The notes under the pieces were generated by a model. The model did no database searches and was not told the DNA's origin. It saw nothing but the letters and a program-made list of their open reading frames with translations. Source: Candidatus Omnitrophota bacterium (lineage in GTDB: Bacteria > Omnitrophota > Gorgyraeia > JAFGHF01). From it: DNA of 64,000 nt. The stretch lies in assembly GCA_042571705.1 (NCBI GenBank), contig JBHPFV010000004.1:7167-71166 (forward strand), in the 5' to 3' direction. Position 1 is the first letter of the stretch, and every line of letters begins with the position of its first letter. The translations under genes were made by a program, and so were the position numbers. Of this stretch, positions 54,383 through 64,000 are shown in pieces.

Positions 54383-55506
54383 CGGCGTCCCTTTATTCTC
54401 CTTAAGTAATCCTGGTAATTCCTTTTTGTCTGGATCAGCGCATCGGCGCCAAACTTATCAAGCAAGGCCCGGGCCAGACAGAAAGCTACCATCGCCTCAG
54501 CAACAACTCCCGCAGCCGGCAACGCGCAAACATCGGCCCGCTCTACGCTGGCCTGTTGGCGGCGTTTAGTCTTGATGTTCACACTGGCTAAGGGCCGGCT
54601 TAAAGTAGCAATCGGCTTCATCGCCGCGCGCAAAACCAGAGGCTGGCCATTTGTCATGCCACCTTCTAAGCCTCCGGCCCGATTGGTCGTTCTAAAGTAA
54701 CCTTGTTCAGCTGTATAAAATATCGGGTCATGAACATGCGCTCCCGTACTGGCTGCAGCGGCCAGGCCGGCTCCAATCTCAACCGCCTTGATTGCCGGGA
54801 TCGAGACCAGGCTACCCGCCAGCTGCGCATCCAAACGCCGATCCCACTGCATAAAACTACCCAGTCCCGGAGGCAGGTTAAGCGCAATGACCTCAAAAGT
54901 GCCGCCTAAGGAATCGCCCTGTTTTTTCACCCGGTCAATGGCCGCAATCATCTTCTTTTCGGCGGCTTGATCGGCACAATTTAACCGCGACTTGGCTGTC
55001 TTTTGCCTGATTTGCTTAAACGACAAATTGTTAGTTTGGGCAATAACCTCACCAATGCTCAGTACGTGGCTGGCTATTTCAATCTTAAACACCCGCAACA
55101 GGGCTTTAGCTAATGCGCCGATAGCTACACGCATCGCTGTTTCTCTGGCACTGGCCCTTTCCAGGATGTTTCTGATGTCTTGAGTTTCATACTTTAAAGC
55201 ACCGGCTAAGTCGGCATGGCCCGGCCGGGGACAAACAATTTCCGGCAAACTGTTAATTTTATAATCTTTATTTTTAATCAAGATGGTTAGGGGGCTGCCG
55301 ATGGTCTGACCCTTTCTTAATCCGGAAAGTACCTGGGCCTTGTCCTTTTCGATCTTCATCCTTAAGCCCCGGCCATAACCTTTCTGCCTACGGCTAAGCT
55401 CCAGATTGATCGCGGCCTGATCAATAACCAGTCCTGCCGGCAGGCCTTCAAGAATGCCGATCAGACCTTGGCCGTGCGACTCTCCCGCAGTTAAAAATCT
55501 TAGCAT
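54379..55506 (-). CDS. aroC: Chorismate synthase
   Basis: MLRFLTAGESHGQGL, GRGLRMKIE, RPGHAD, ERASARETA. Confidence 0.95.
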   Translation of the reverse strand: MLRFLTAGESHGQGLIGILEGLPAGLVIDQAAINLELSRRQKGYGRGLRMKIEKDKAQVLSGLRKGQTIGSPLTILIKNKDYKINSLPEIVCPRPGHADLAGALKYETQDIRNILERASARETAMRVAIGALAKALLRVFKIEIASHVLSIGEVIAQTNNLSFKQIRQKTAKSRLNCADQAAEKKMIAAIDRVKKQGDSLGGTFEVIALNLPPGLGSFMQWDRRLDAQLAGSLVSIPAIKAVEIGAGLAAAASTGAHVHDPIFYTAEQGYFRTTNRAGGLEGGMTNGQPLVLRAAMKPIATLSRPLASVNIKTKRRQQASVERADVCALPAAGVVAEAMVAFCLARALLDKFGADALIQTKRNYQDYLRRIKGRR

Positions 55507-55534
55507 CTTGGACTCCTCTGTTTTTCTCCACGAA

Positions 55535-55900
55535 TTAGATTAACTTAAATACATACTTGGATAATTTTTGGCGATCTTCTTCTTTAATTTGCGTAAATTC
55601 AATACCTAAATCATAACGGTCCCGGCTGTCCGCATCCATAGTAAAATAGCTGCTCCAAATAACATGGCCTTCGGCCGCTACAGTTAAGTTAATATCCGCA
55701 AGGTACAGTCGCAAAGATAAAAACGTCCCCGGCTCAATCTTTTCATAAACGATCAGGCAAATCCCCCCGGCACTGATATTTTTTGTAATCGACTCAGCAC
55801 CCAGCGAGCTGTTCTTGAGTACGGTGTATTCCACGTCAACAGTAGTAGCCAGGCGCGGAAAGTTTCTCCTCTCCTGCTGATTATTGAACTCTTCCGTCAT
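55535..55900 (-). CDS. PilZ-domain protein (putative c-di-GMP receptor)
   Basis: RRNFPR (RxxxR) plus NISAGG ([D/N]xSxxG), spaced about 30 aa apart. 121 aa. Confidence 0.75.
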   Translation of the reverse strand: MTEEFNNQQERRNFPRLATTVDVEYTVLKNSSLGAESITKNISAGGICLIVYEKIEPGTFLSLRLYLADINLTVAAEGHVIWSSYFTMDADSRDRYDLGIEFTQIKEEDRQKLSKYVFKLI

Positions 55901-55917
55901 CGCTTACCTCCCGCTTT

Positions 55918-56700
55918 TTAAGGATAAAGCAAATAGTTAATTATCCTTTCTCCCCAAACAATGGCGATCAAAGCAGCTAAAGACAAAAAAGGACCGTAAG
56001 GAATCAGGCTTTCTCCTTTTTTAATCTTTAGGGTAATTCCCACTACTGCCCCAAAAAAAGGGGCCAGGAAGAATGTCAGCAATGCCAATTTCCAGCCAAT
56101 GAACGCGCCGATCATGCCCATTAGCTTGACATCTCCACCCCCCATACTCTCTTTCTTGAAAATTGCGTCACCGATTATGCCGGTCAGATAGATGCTTCCG
56201 CCCCCGGCCAGCACTCCCAGAAATGAACGCAATAGCGCAAGTGAATGTAAATTCGTTTGTTGTAATTGCGGAAAAATAACACTGATCAGCATTCCAATCA
56301 AGATACCGGACAAGCTGATCTCATCAGGAATTTCGCGGATATCAATATCAATAAAGCTCACCACTACTAAACTGGAGCTTAAGCCCAGGTAGACCCAAAA
56401 AATTGCCGATGAGCCAAAATGCTTAAATAAGAAAAGAAATAGCCCGGCCGTCAGCAACTCAACTAAAAAATAACGAAACGAAATCTTACCCCGACAGTGG
56501 CGACAGCGCCTCCTGAGCAGCAGGTAGCTTAAAAAGGGTATGTTATCATACCAGTTAATTTCATGTTTGCAAGCCGGGCAATGCGAGCCCGGCCGAACAA
56601 TCGATTCTTTGCGCGGCAGGCGATAAATGCAAACATTCAAGAAGCTGCCCACCACCGCCCCAAAGCAAAAAATAAATATATGAATAATTATCTCGGTCAT
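55918..56700 (-). CDS. pilD: Prepilin peptidase / N-methyltransferase (A24 family)
   Basis: CPACKHEINWYDNIPFLSYLLLRRRCRHCRGKIS, GGGDVKLMGMIGAFIGW, multi-TM. Confidence 0.9.
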   Translation of the reverse strand: MTEIIIHIFIFCFGAVVGSFLNVCIYRLPRKESIVRPGSHCPACKHEINWYDNIPFLSYLLLRRRCRHCRGKISFRYFLVELLTAGLFLFLFKHFGSSAIFWVYLGLSSSLVVVSFIDIDIREIPDEISLSGILIGMLISVIFPQLQQTNLHSLALLRSFLGVLAGGGSIYLTGIIGDAIFKKESMGGGDVKLMGMIGAFIGWKLALLTFFLAPFFGAVVGITLKIKKGESLIPYGPFLSLAALIAIVWGERIINYLLYP

Positions 56701-57542
56701 TAGTTCTGGTTTAACACCTTTCTTAAGGACTCTTCCATCACCGCGATCGGCGGATCAATACCCAGCCAGATTTTAAAAGCCAATACACCCTGATATAAAA
56801 GCAGGCCCAAACCATTAAAGATGCCCGCGCAGCCCTTTCTTTTTGCTTCCTGCAATAGCGCGGTCTGGGCCGGGTTATAAATTAAATCATAGACCATTAA
56901 TTTAGAATGGAAAAGCCCTGGGTCAAACACCAGCTGATCCTCTTGATGCATCCCCACAGGAGTGGCGTTAATTAACAGCGCCGTCTCATCTCTGAGCAGC
57001 TGATTGGGCTCAGCCGCTAAGACTGTTTTGACCCCTGAGAAATTATCGGTCAATTTATCGGCTAAGCCTTGGGCCTTATCTTTGTCGATATCAAAAAGAG
57101 TAATCTGTTTGGCCCCGGCGCTAGCTAATTGCAAAGAAACAGCTTTAGCAGCGCCGCCGGCACCGAGGATCGAAACCTGCTTATCCTTCGGGTCAAAACC
57201 CACTGCCTGCACCAGATGCTCAATAAATCCGGGGCCGTCAGTGTTAAAACCCTGGGTAGTTTTGTCCGGATTGACTTTTATCGTATTGACCGCGCCAATC
57301 AACTCCGCCTCGGGTGTAACCTGGTCTAAGCTGGCAATAATTTTTTCCTTATGCGGAATAGTTACATTGAAACCGCAGATGCCGGCCTCGATCAACCCTT
57401 GAACATCTGCGGCTAGTTTTTCCGGCCTGACCTCGAATAACTCATAACTGGCAGCAATACCTAATTCCTGAAAAGCCGCATTATGCATTATGGCCGAGTA
57501 GCTATGTTGGACCGGATAGCCGATTAGTCCAAATTTATTCAT
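56700..57542 (-). CDS. aroE: Shikimate 5-dehydrogenase
   Basis: FGLIGYPVQHSYSAIMHNAAF, NVTIPHK, GFNTDG, ILGAGGAAKA. Confidence 0.9.
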   Translation of the reverse strand: MNKFGLIGYPVQHSYSAIMHNAAFQELGIAASYELFEVRPEKLAADVQGLIEAGICGFNVTIPHKEKIIASLDQVTPEAELIGAVNTIKVNPDKTTQGFNTDGPGFIEHLVQAVGFDPKDKQVSILGAGGAAKAVSLQLASAGAKQITLFDIDKDKAQGLADKLTDNFSGVKTVLAAEPNQLLRDETALLINATPVGMHQEDQLVFDPGLFHSKLMVYDLIYNPAQTALLQEAKRKGCAGIFNGLGLLLYQGVLAFKIWLGIDPPIAVMEESLRKVLNQN

Positions 57543-57593
57543 GCTTTCCTTTTTGCGCTTCGCTTATGGATCGCCCTAGCTCCGATTGTACTG

Positions 57594-57626
57594 AAGGGCG
57601 AGATTGTCTCGCCCTTGCCATTTTTT
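57594..57626 (+). terminator. Canonical hairpin + U-tract oriented on the plus strand (antisense to all neighbouring genes)
   Basis: AAGGGCGAG (57594-57602), ATTGT, CTCGCCCTT (57608-57616), GCCA, TTTTTT (57621-57626). The minus-strand RNA has no trailing U-tract. Confidence 0.4.
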
Positions 57627-57648
57627 CTCAAAAATTAACCAAACTTAC

Positions 57649-59154
57649 TTATAAGACTTTATTTATGGCATCTAAGTAGGCCTTAACTGAGGCCTCAATA
57701 ATATCCGTACTGGCTGAGCGGCCGCTAATCTCTTTTTTCTTAGCCCGGATTACTATCCGCACCTCACCTAAAGCATCCTTGCCCCTGGTTACAGCTTGAA
57801 TAGAATAGTCTAAAAGTTTGCCCTTGATCCCGGTAATTTTATCGACCGCCTTATAACAGGCATCGACTGGTCCGTCTCCCGAAGAGCCCTGTGTATAATT
57901 CTTTCTTTTAGACTTTAACTTAACCGTTGCCGTAGGCACAATCTTATTGCCGCTTTTGACTTCAAAGCTGACCAGCTGCCAAATCTTTGGCGTCAGAGAG
58001 ATTTCCTCTTCCACTAAAGAAATCAAGTCCTCATTAAAGATCTCTTTTTTCTTATCCGCCAGTTTCTTAAACCGCTGAAAAAATAGTTTGTCAATCTGAG
58101 CGGCGCTTAAGTGAAAACCCAATTTTTTCAAACGCTCTGAGAAGGCATGCCGTCCGGAATGTTTACCTAATACTAAGCGCGCGGCCTCAGCCACCAAACC
58201 AATATCCTGGGGACGCATAATCTCATAAGTCGTGCGCCGTTTTAAGATCCCGTCTTGATGAATACCCGCTTCGTGACGGAAGGCATTATGACCGACTACG
58301 GCCTTGTTAGGCTGAACGATAATTCCGGTCAGTTTGCTGACCAACCGCGAAGTCCGGTAAATTTGCTCCGTCTTAATATTAGTTGTTTTCTTTAAGAAAT
58401 CTCGCCTGGTCTTAATCGCCATCACTGTTTCTTCCAGAGAGGCATTCCCGGCTCGTTCGCCTAAGCCGTTGATGGTACACTCTACCTGTCCGGCGCCATT
58501 TTCCACAGCGGTTAAAGAATTGGCTACCGCTAAGCCTAAGTCGTTATGACAATGCACGCTTAAGACGGCCTGGTCAATGTTAGACACATTTTCCTTAATC
58601 TCTCTAATCAACCGGGCAAATTCTTCCGGGATGGCATAGCCTACGGTATCAGGAATGTTAATCGTCTGAGCACCTGCGGTTATCGCCGCCTCAATCACGC
58701 GAAACAGAAACTCTTTTTCTGTGCGCGAGGCATCCTCCGGGGAAAACTCCACATCGCTGATCAGACTCCTGGCGTACTTTACAGCTTCCTTAGCTTGGCG
58801 CAGAATCTCCGCTTCAGCTTTTTTCAGCTTATACTTCATATGTATTTTGGAGGTCGCCAAAAATACATGAATCCGCTTCTTGGGCGCAGGGGAAACCGCG
58901 CCAAAGGCCGCGTCAATATCCTTTTTTATCGCCCGGGCCAAGCCACAGATAACCGGACCCCTAATTTGGCTGGCTACGGCTTTGACTGCCGAAAAGTCGC
59001 CAGGTGAAGAAATGGGAAAACCGGCCTCGATCACATCGACCTTCAGCCTGGCCAATTGATGGGCAATCTCCAATTTCTTCTGCGCGTCTAGACTTGCGCC
59101 CGGAGACTGTTCCCCGTCCCTTAATGTCGTATCAAATATTATGATTCTTTCCAT
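57649..59154 (-). CDS. leuA: 2-isopropylmalate synthase (short LeuA type; citramalate synthase not excluded)
   Basis: [40 protein letters not shown], plus a C-terminal LeuA-dimer/regulatory domain. It sits in the ilv cluster. Confidence 0.85.
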   Translation of the reverse strand: MERIIIFDTTLRDGEQSPGASLDAQKKLEIAHQLARLKVDVIEAGFPISSPGDFSAVKAVASQIRGPVICGLARAIKKDIDAAFGAVSPAPKKRIHVFLATSKIHMKYKLKKAEAEILRQAKEAVKYARSLISDVEFSPEDASRTEKEFLFRVIEAAITAGAQTINIPDTVGYAIPEEFARLIREIKENVSNIDQAVLSVHCHNDLGLAVANSLTAVENGAGQVECTINGLGERAGNASLEETVMAIKTRRDFLKKTTNIKTEQIYRTSRLVSKLTGIIVQPNKAVVGHNAFRHEAGIHQDGILKRRTTYEIMRPQDIGLVAEAARLVLGKHSGRHAFSERLKKLGFHLSAAQIDKLFFQRFKKLADKKKEIFNEDLISLVEEEISLTPKIWQLVSFEVKSGNKIVPTATVKLKSKRKNYTQGSSGDGPVDACYKAVDKITGIKGKLLDYSIQAVTRGKDALGEVRIVIRAKKKEISGRSASTDIIEASVKAYLDAINKVL

Positions 59155-59166
59155 TGGATTTTAGTT

Positions 59167-60162
59167 TTACGCTTTCTTCATCCAGGGCATCATGTTGCGC
59201 AACTCTGCCCCAATCTTTTCCACCGGATGATCGGCCTGATCCTTTCTGAGCTGGTCAAATTTTTGACGGCCGTCTTCATTTTCCTTAATCCATTCGCGGG
59301 CGAATTTTCCCGACTGCACATCTTTAAGAATCTTCTTCATCTTTTTGCGCACCCGCTGATCAATTACTGCCTTACCTCTGGTCATATCTCCGTATTCAGC
59401 GGTGTCCGAAACGCGCTCGCGCATACCCTGAATACCATATTGATAAATCAAATCCGTAATCAGCTTCAGTTCGTGCAGACATTCAAAGTAAGCAATCTCC
59501 GGTTGATACCCGGCCTCAACCAGGGTATCGAACCCGGCCTTGACCAATTCCGAGGCCCCGCCGCAGAGTACCGACTGCTCACCAAAAAGATCAGTCTCGG
59601 TCTCTTCGGAAAAAGTAGTCTCGATTACTCCGGCACGGGTGGCGCCAATCCCTTTGGCGTAAGCTAAGCCCAGCTGTTTGGCGCGCCCGGAGGCATCTTG
59701 AAACACCGCTAAGAGCGCCGGGACGCCTTTACCCTCTTCATACATCCTGCGGACCAAGGCCCCGGGTCCTTTGGGGGCGACCATAAACACATCTACTTTT
59801 TTGGGTGGCTTGATTTGTTTGTAGCGAATATTAAAACCGTGCGAAAAGACCAGGGCCTTACCCTTGCGCAAATACTTTTTGATTGCTTCGTTATAAACTT
59901 TTTTCTGGACATGGTCTTGGGTCAAAATTTGAATGACGTCGGCGCTACCGGCGGCCTGCTCAGCGGTCACAGGAATAAAACCGTCATTCTTGGCCTGTTC
60001 GTAATTGGGTATTCCTTCCAATTCAGAGACAATTACGTCTAAACCGGAATCGCGCAAATTCAGCGCCTGAGCGCGTCCCTGGATGCCATATCCAATAATC
60101 GCGATCTTTTTCCCCTGTAAAATCTGCAAGTCTGCGTCTTGATCATAGTAAATCTTAGCCAT
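59167..60162 (-). CDS. ilvC: Ketol-acid reductoisomerase (class I)
   Basis: [37 protein letters not shown]. Start set at ATG 60162 (SD GGAGGG); the track ORF has a 29-aa upstream extension. Confidence 0.9.
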   Translation of the reverse strand: MAKIYYDQDADLQILQGKKIAIIGYGIQGRAQALNLRDSGLDVIVSELEGIPNYEQAKNDGFIPVTAEQAAGSADVIQILTQDHVQKKVYNEAIKKYLRKGKALVFSHGFNIRYKQIKPPKKVDVFMVAPKGPGALVRRMYEEGKGVPALLAVFQDASGRAKQLGLAYAKGIGATRAGVIETTFSEETETDLFGEQSVLCGGASELVKAGFDTLVEAGYQPEIAYFECLHELKLITDLIYQYGIQGMRERVSDTAEYGDMTRGKAVIDQRVRKKMKKILKDVQSGKFAREWIKENEDGRQKFDQLRKDQADHPVEKIGAELRNMMPWMKKA

Positions 60163-60262
60163 CTTCTCTCTTTCCCTCCAGTTAGTTAATTTTACGAGGT
60201 GTTGTTGCGAAACGAGCCGTTCCTTTTTGGCGTGAGCTGTCGGCATCACGCGCGCTGCTGCT

Positions 60263-60312
60263 CAGGAACAGTTCCCTGCTTTTGCTAATAATCTGGTAGG
60301 AACAGTTCCTGG
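60263..60312. promoter_or_regulatory. Two copies of the palindromic 12-mer AGGAACAGTTCC, 34 bp apart, in the 166-nt ilvN-ilvC spacer
   Basis: Copy 1 is at 60264-60275. Copy 2 is at 60298-60310 and forms a perfect 13-bp palindrome AGGAAC-A-GTTCCT. Confidence 0.4.
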
Positions 60313-60328
60313 AGGCATTGGTACCTTC

Positions 60329-60805
60329 TTATTTACGGCTCATGGCGATGCGTCCGGTGCGCACCAGCTCCTTGACTTCAAAAACCTTCAACAGCTCTAA
60401 GAACGTATGGATTTTATTGGCGTCTCCGGATACCTCTAATGTTAAGGCGTTAGTTGCCGCCTCATCAATCTTAGCCTCCATGGTCTGGGCAATCTCTAAA
60501 ATCTGCGGCCTGGTCTTAGGGGAAACCGCCACCTTGACTAAGAGCAGTTCCCGATCGATGAAGTTTTCACCGGTTAAATCCTGGACTCTGACCGTATCCA
60601 CCAGCTTATTTAACTGCTTTTTAATTTGCTCTAAAATTCGCTCATCCGGGGCATTGACCACAATGGTCATGTGCGAAACAGTAGGGTCGTTAGTCGGACT
60701 GACCGCCAAAGACTCAATGTTAAATCCCCTGGCGGCAAAAAGCCCGGCCACCCTGGCCAACACGCCAAATTTATTATCTACTAAAACGGAGAAAGTATGC
60801 TTCAC
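60329..60805 (-). CDS. ilvN: Acetolactate synthase small (regulatory) subunit
   Basis: [31 protein letters not shown] (ACT) plus a C-terminal ALS_ss_C-like part. Confidence 0.9.
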   Translation of the reverse strand: MKHTFSVLVDNKFGVLARVAGLFAARGFNIESLAVSPTNDPTVSHMTIVVNAPDERILEQIKKQLNKLVDTVRVQDLTGENFIDRELLLVKVAVSPKTRPQILEIAQTMEAKIDEAATNALTLEVSGDANKIHTFLELLKVFEVKELVRTGRIAMSRK

Positions 60806-62472
60806 GCCATACCTCCTATCATTCTGTTTATGGCCTCGCCCGCGGGGACCATCGGAAAGACATTTTCTTCCTTCTCAACCTTAAAATCAAGCACCACCGG
60901 CCGGTCTTTTATTGACAGGGCCTTCTTGATCGCCGCCCGGACATCTTTTTTCTTCTCAACCCTAATGCCGCAGGCGCCATAAGCCTCGGCGACTTTGACA
61001 AAATCAGGATTGTGCAAAGTAGTGTGCGCGTATCTTTTCTTGTAAAAGAGTTCCTGCCATTGTCGGACCATCCCTAAAAAGCCATTATTGAGAATCGCGA
61101 TCTTCACCGGCAATTTATTGGCCACCGCTGTTGCTAATTCCTGAATATTCATCTGAATACTGCCATCGCCGGCAATGTCAAAGACAATCTCCTTAGGCCG
61201 GCCGACTTGGGCACCAATCGCGGCCGGAAAACCATAGCCCATGGTCCCTAATCCGCCACTGGAAATATAAGTCCGTGGGCTATTATACTGATAAAACTGA
61301 GCTGCCCACATCTGATTTTGCCCGACCTCGGTACAGATAATCGCTTTGCCTTTAGTCAGCTGATCAATCTGCTCCACGACATACTGGGGCCTGAGCTTCT
61401 GATCAGCTTTATACTTCAAAGGATACTTTTCCTTCCAGCCAAACACCTTTTCCAGCCATTTCTTGATGCTGGGTTTTTTAACCACCTTGTTCAGCTGGGT
61501 CAGGACATCGTGGGCATCACCGACAATAGGAATATTCACCACCACATTCTTACTGATCGCTGAAGGATCAATGTCAATATGGATAATCTTGGCGCTCGGA
61601 GCAAAGGCGTCCAGCCGGCCGGTAACCCGGTCATCAAACCTGGCCCCCACAGCGATAATCAGGTCTGATTCCATAATCGCATGATTGGCATAAGCGGTAC
61701 CGTGCATCCCCAGCATGCCCAAAGCCAGCTTGTGGGTTTCCGGAAATCCGCCTAGACCCAAAAGAGTAGTAGTGACGGGTATCGATGTCTTCTCGGCTAA
61801 TTTCTTTAATTCCCGCGCCGCGCCGGAAATGATTACTCCTCCCCCGGCATAAATAATTGGCTTTTTGCTCCGGCTGATTAAATCAGCGGCCTTCTTAATC
61901 TGGCCCGGGTGTCCGGATAAAGTAGGTTTATAACCCCGTAAATCCGGCTGCTTAGGATAATGAAAGTCGCACTCGGCTAAAGTAACGTCCACCGGCAGGT
62001 CAATTACTACGGGGCCGGGCCGGCCGCTTCTGGCCAGATGGAAAGCGTTCTTAATTGTCTGGGCCAGCTCCCGCACGTCTTTAACTAAATAGTTATGTTT
62101 AGTTACGGGTCTGGTGATACCGGTAACATCGGCCTCCTGAAAGGCATCGTTGCCGATCAAATTGGTCTTGACTTGACCGGTAATCGCCACCATAGGTATT
62201 GAATCCATATAAGCGGTGGCCAGGCCGGTAACTAAATTAGTCGCTCCGGGTCCGGAAGTGGCGATACAGACGCCAACCTTGCCGGTAGCACGGGCAAATC
62301 CATCAGCGGCATGCGCCGCCCCTTGTTCGTGACGGGTCAAAATAAAATTTACCGAAGCGTCGTAGAGCACATCGAAAATAGGCAATACCGAACCGCCGGG
62401 ATAGCCAAAAATAACCTCCACTGCTTCCTTCTTTAAACTCTCAATTAATATCTTTGCGCCGCTAATTTTCAT
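60802..62472 (-). CDS. ilvB: Acetolactate synthase large (catalytic, ThDP) subunit
   Basis: [38 protein letters not shown]. Confidence 0.95.
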   Translation of the reverse strand: MKISGAKILIESLKKEAVEVIFGYPGGSVLPIFDVLYDASVNFILTRHEQGAAHAADGFARATGKVGVCIATSGPGATNLVTGLATAYMDSIPMVAITGQVKTNLIGNDAFQEADVTGITRPVTKHNYLVKDVRELAQTIKNAFHLARSGRPGPVVIDLPVDVTLAECDFHYPKQPDLRGYKPTLSGHPGQIKKAADLISRSKKPIIYAGGGVIISGAARELKKLAEKTSIPVTTTLLGLGGFPETHKLALGMLGMHGTAYANHAIMESDLIIAVGARFDDRVTGRLDAFAPSAKIIHIDIDPSAISKNVVVNIPIVGDAHDVLTQLNKVVKKPSIKKWLEKVFGWKEKYPLKYKADQKLRPQYVVEQIDQLTKGKAIICTEVGQNQMWAAQFYQYNSPRTYISSGGLGTMGYGFPAAIGAQVGRPKEIVFDIAGDGSIQMNIQELATAVANKLPVKIAILNNGFLGMVRQWQELFYKKRYAHTTLHNPDFVKVAEAYGACGIRVEKKKDVRAAIKKALSIKDRPVVLDFKVEKEENVFPMVPAGEAINRMIGGMA

Positions 62473-64000
62473 TTGAAGACCGCTCCTTCGCTGGCTGAGG
62501 AGACTAACCGGGCATAGCGCGACAAATAGCCATCCTTAATCTTCGGCTGCGGGGGTCTCCATTTAGCCAGTCTTTCTTTAATCTCTTTTTGTGAAAGTTT
62601 CAGTTCCAGCTTTCTTTTGGGAATATCGATTACGATTTGGTCGCCATCCTTGATAATAGCCAGGGCGCCGCCGGCCTGGGCCTCAGGCGCAATATGCCCA
62701 ATGCAGGGACCTCTGGTCCCTCCGGAAAATCTTCCGTCGGTAATCAGGGCCACGTGCTCAGCAAGCCCCAGACCAACAACTGCTGAAGTAGGCGAAAGCA
62801 TCTCGCGCATTCCCGGACCGCCTTTTGGTCCCTCATAGCGAATGACCAATACTTCGGCCCTTTTAATTTTTCCGTCTAAAATTGCCCGCATCGCCTCTTC
62901 CTCAGAATTAAAACAGCGGGCATGGCCGGAAAAATGCTGCATCTTCTTGCTCACCGCTGACTGTTTCACTACCGCCCCCTCAGGAGCTAAATTGCCCTTC
63001 AGTACCGCGATGCCACCCTGCTCATGGTAAGGATTATTCAGCCTCCGAATTACATCTTCATCGTAGATCTGAGCTGAGGCCGCGATTTGACTAAGATGTT
63101 TGCCGCTGACAGTGTTGACATTATTTAAATGATTCTTTAGCCGTTTAAACACAGCCGGGATTCCGCCTGCGGCATCTAAATCCTCCATGAAATATTCCCC
63201 GCCAGGTCGCAGATTGACAATATGACGGGTCTGCTTGCTTAACTTATCGAAGGTATCTAGAGTTAACTTGATCCCTAATTCATGGGTCAGCGCCGGAAGA
63301 TGCAGCACTGTATTAGTTGAGCCGCCTAAAGCTAAGTCCACAATCACCGCATTTTCAATGGCCTGCTTCTTCAAAATTGAGCGCGGGGTAATATTCTGCC
63401 GGGCTAAAGCCACCACCCGTTCACCGCTACTATAGGCGATTCTTTCTTTTTTCGCCGAAACCGCCAGGGCCGTGGCACAGCCGGGTAAAGACATGCCCAT
63501 CGCCTCGGTCAGGCAACTCATCGTGTTGGCGGTGTAGAGCCCTTGACAGGAACCGGTCCCCGGACAAGCCTCAACTTCTAAATTGCATAACTCATCTTGC
63601 GAGATCTCACCCTTCTTAAATCTGGCCAGGGCCTCAAAAGTATCTCTAACTAAAGAAAGCCGCCTACCCTTGTAAACTCCCGAAAGCATCGGTCCTGCGG
63701 TCACTACGATTGCCGGGACATTCAGTCTAGCCAGCCCCATCAACATCCCGGGAGTAATCTTATCACAGTTGGTTAAACAAACTAAACCGTCAAAATTGTG
63801 CGCGCGGATCACAGTTTCTAAGGCGTCGGCAATCAACTCACGCGAAGCTAAAGAATACTTCATCCCGGCATGTCCCATGGCAATGCCGTCGCATATTCCG
63901 GGTAAACCAAAGAAGAACGGCACGCCCCCACCGGAACAAACTCCGCGCTCAATAAAGCGCTCCAGTCTGCGCATGCCGGCATGGCCAGGAATAATGTCGG
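62469..64000 (-). CDS. ilvD: Dihydroxy-acid dehydratase, N-terminus beyond the window edge
   Basis: [31 protein letters not shown]. The frame stays open upstream of the track Met (...[15 protein letters not shown]...) to position 64000. Confidence 0.9.
   Translation of the reverse strand, partial: DIIPGHAGMRRLERFIERGVCSGGGVPFFFGLPGICDGIAMGHAGMKYSLASRELIADALETVIRAHNFDGLVCLTNCDKITPGMLMGLARLNVPAIVVTAGPMLSGVYKGRRLSLVRDTFEALARFKKGEISQDELCNLEVEACPGTGSCQGLYTANTMSCLTEAMGMSLPGCATALAVSAKKERIAYSSGERVVALARQNITPRSILKKQAIENAVIVDLALGGSTNTVLHLPALTHELGIKLTLDTFDKLSKQTRHIVNLRPGGEYFMEDLDAAGGIPAVFKRLKNHLNNVNTVSGKHLSQIAASAQIYDEDVIRRLNNPYHEQGGIAVLKGNLAPEGAVVKQSAVSKKMQHFSGHARCFNSEEEAMRAILDGKIKRAEVLVIRYEGPKGGPGMREMLSPTSAVVGLGLAEHVALITDGRFSGGTRGPCIGHIAPEAQAGGALAIIKDGDQIVIDIPKRKLELKLSQKEIKERLAKWRPPQPKIKDGYLSRYARLVSSASEGAVFK

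Noticed and set aside
57649-59154. leuA and the HMGL-like gene at 18886-20133 as a recent duplication, or one copy being a pseudogene
   Set aside because: The sequences are highly divergent (different active-site motif variants, different domain architecture). Both reading frames are intact and translationally coupled to their neighbours.
60163-60249. 29-aa N-terminal extension of the ilvC ORF ([29 protein letters not shown])
   Set aside because: The KARI homology starts at [19 protein letters not shown] Shine-Dalgarno precedes ATG 60162, and the extension has no counterpart in KARI.
60318-60884. 188-aa plus-strand ORF across ilvN and the ilvB 3' end
   Set aside because: It is entirely antisense to two well-supported genes (ACT-domain ilvN, ThDP ilvB). 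It has low-complexity Ser/Leu/Thr-rich composition typical of shadow ORFs, and no SD or motif.

Overview
Gene-dense 64-kb window (roughly 95% coding) from an LPS-making, diderm bacterium with a compact, operon-packed genome. I cannot assign taxonomy from the sequence alone. Layout: (i) 1-1526, minus strand: a sensor histidine kinase followed by an OmpR-type response regulator, which runs off the left edge. (ii) 1676-8476, plus strand, divergent from (i): a four-gene operon in which two paralogous ~950-aa proteins with GspK/PilX-like N-termini bracket two classical prepilin-type minor pseudopilins. (iii) 8498-64000: about 52 consecutive minus-strand genes, mostly separated by 0-20 nt or joined by 1-4 nt start/stop overlaps. 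In ascending coordinate order (transcription runs the opposite way, from high to low coordinates) block (iii) contains: proS-ispG-rseP-dxr-cdsA-uppS; an OmpA-like lipoprotein; a K+-dependent-type membrane pyrophosphatase; purA; an orphan HMGL-family synthase; serA plus a class-V aminotransferase; clpP-tig; a Kdo/heptose/Lpt block (lptB, a fused lptC/lptA-like gene, kdsC, kdsD, kdsA, kdsB, heptose kinase); an MSHA/T2SS-like pilus machine (MshE/GspE-type ATPase, secretin, GspC/PilP-like protein, ExeA/MshM-like ATPase, MerR-type HTH, PilO-like protein, PilM-PilN fusion); an LPS-core block (three GT9, a deacetylase, GT4, a GT4-GT9 fusion, LpxK fused to an ELM1/DUF1022-like domain, an antiporter, a CBS protein, waaA); xerC-topA-(45-aa ORF)-dprA; aroK-aroC-[PilZ, pilD]-aroE; and leuA-ilvC-ilvN-ilvB-ilvD, with ilvD running off the right edge. 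I saw no rRNA, tRNA, CRISPR array, transposase or phage genes. The best candidate for something undescribed is a dispersed type-IV-pilus/T2SS-like system. Its unusual parts are two giant GspK/PilX-like tip proteins beside a two-component system, a secretin with a C-terminal TonB-C/TolA-like domain, a machine operon embedded inside the LPS supercluster that carries its own MerR-HTH and palindromic operator, and pilD plus a PilZ receptor inserted in the shikimate operon. No platform protein (PilC/GspF) or major pilin is present in the window. Other oddities are several lineage-specific fusions or deletions: LpxK-ELM1-like, GT4-GT9, LptC-LptA-like, PilM-PilN, a trigger factor without a PPIase domain, and a ProRS whose INS editing domain is replaced by a Cys4 mini-insert. 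All functional calls rest on motif recognition by eye; no database search was run.
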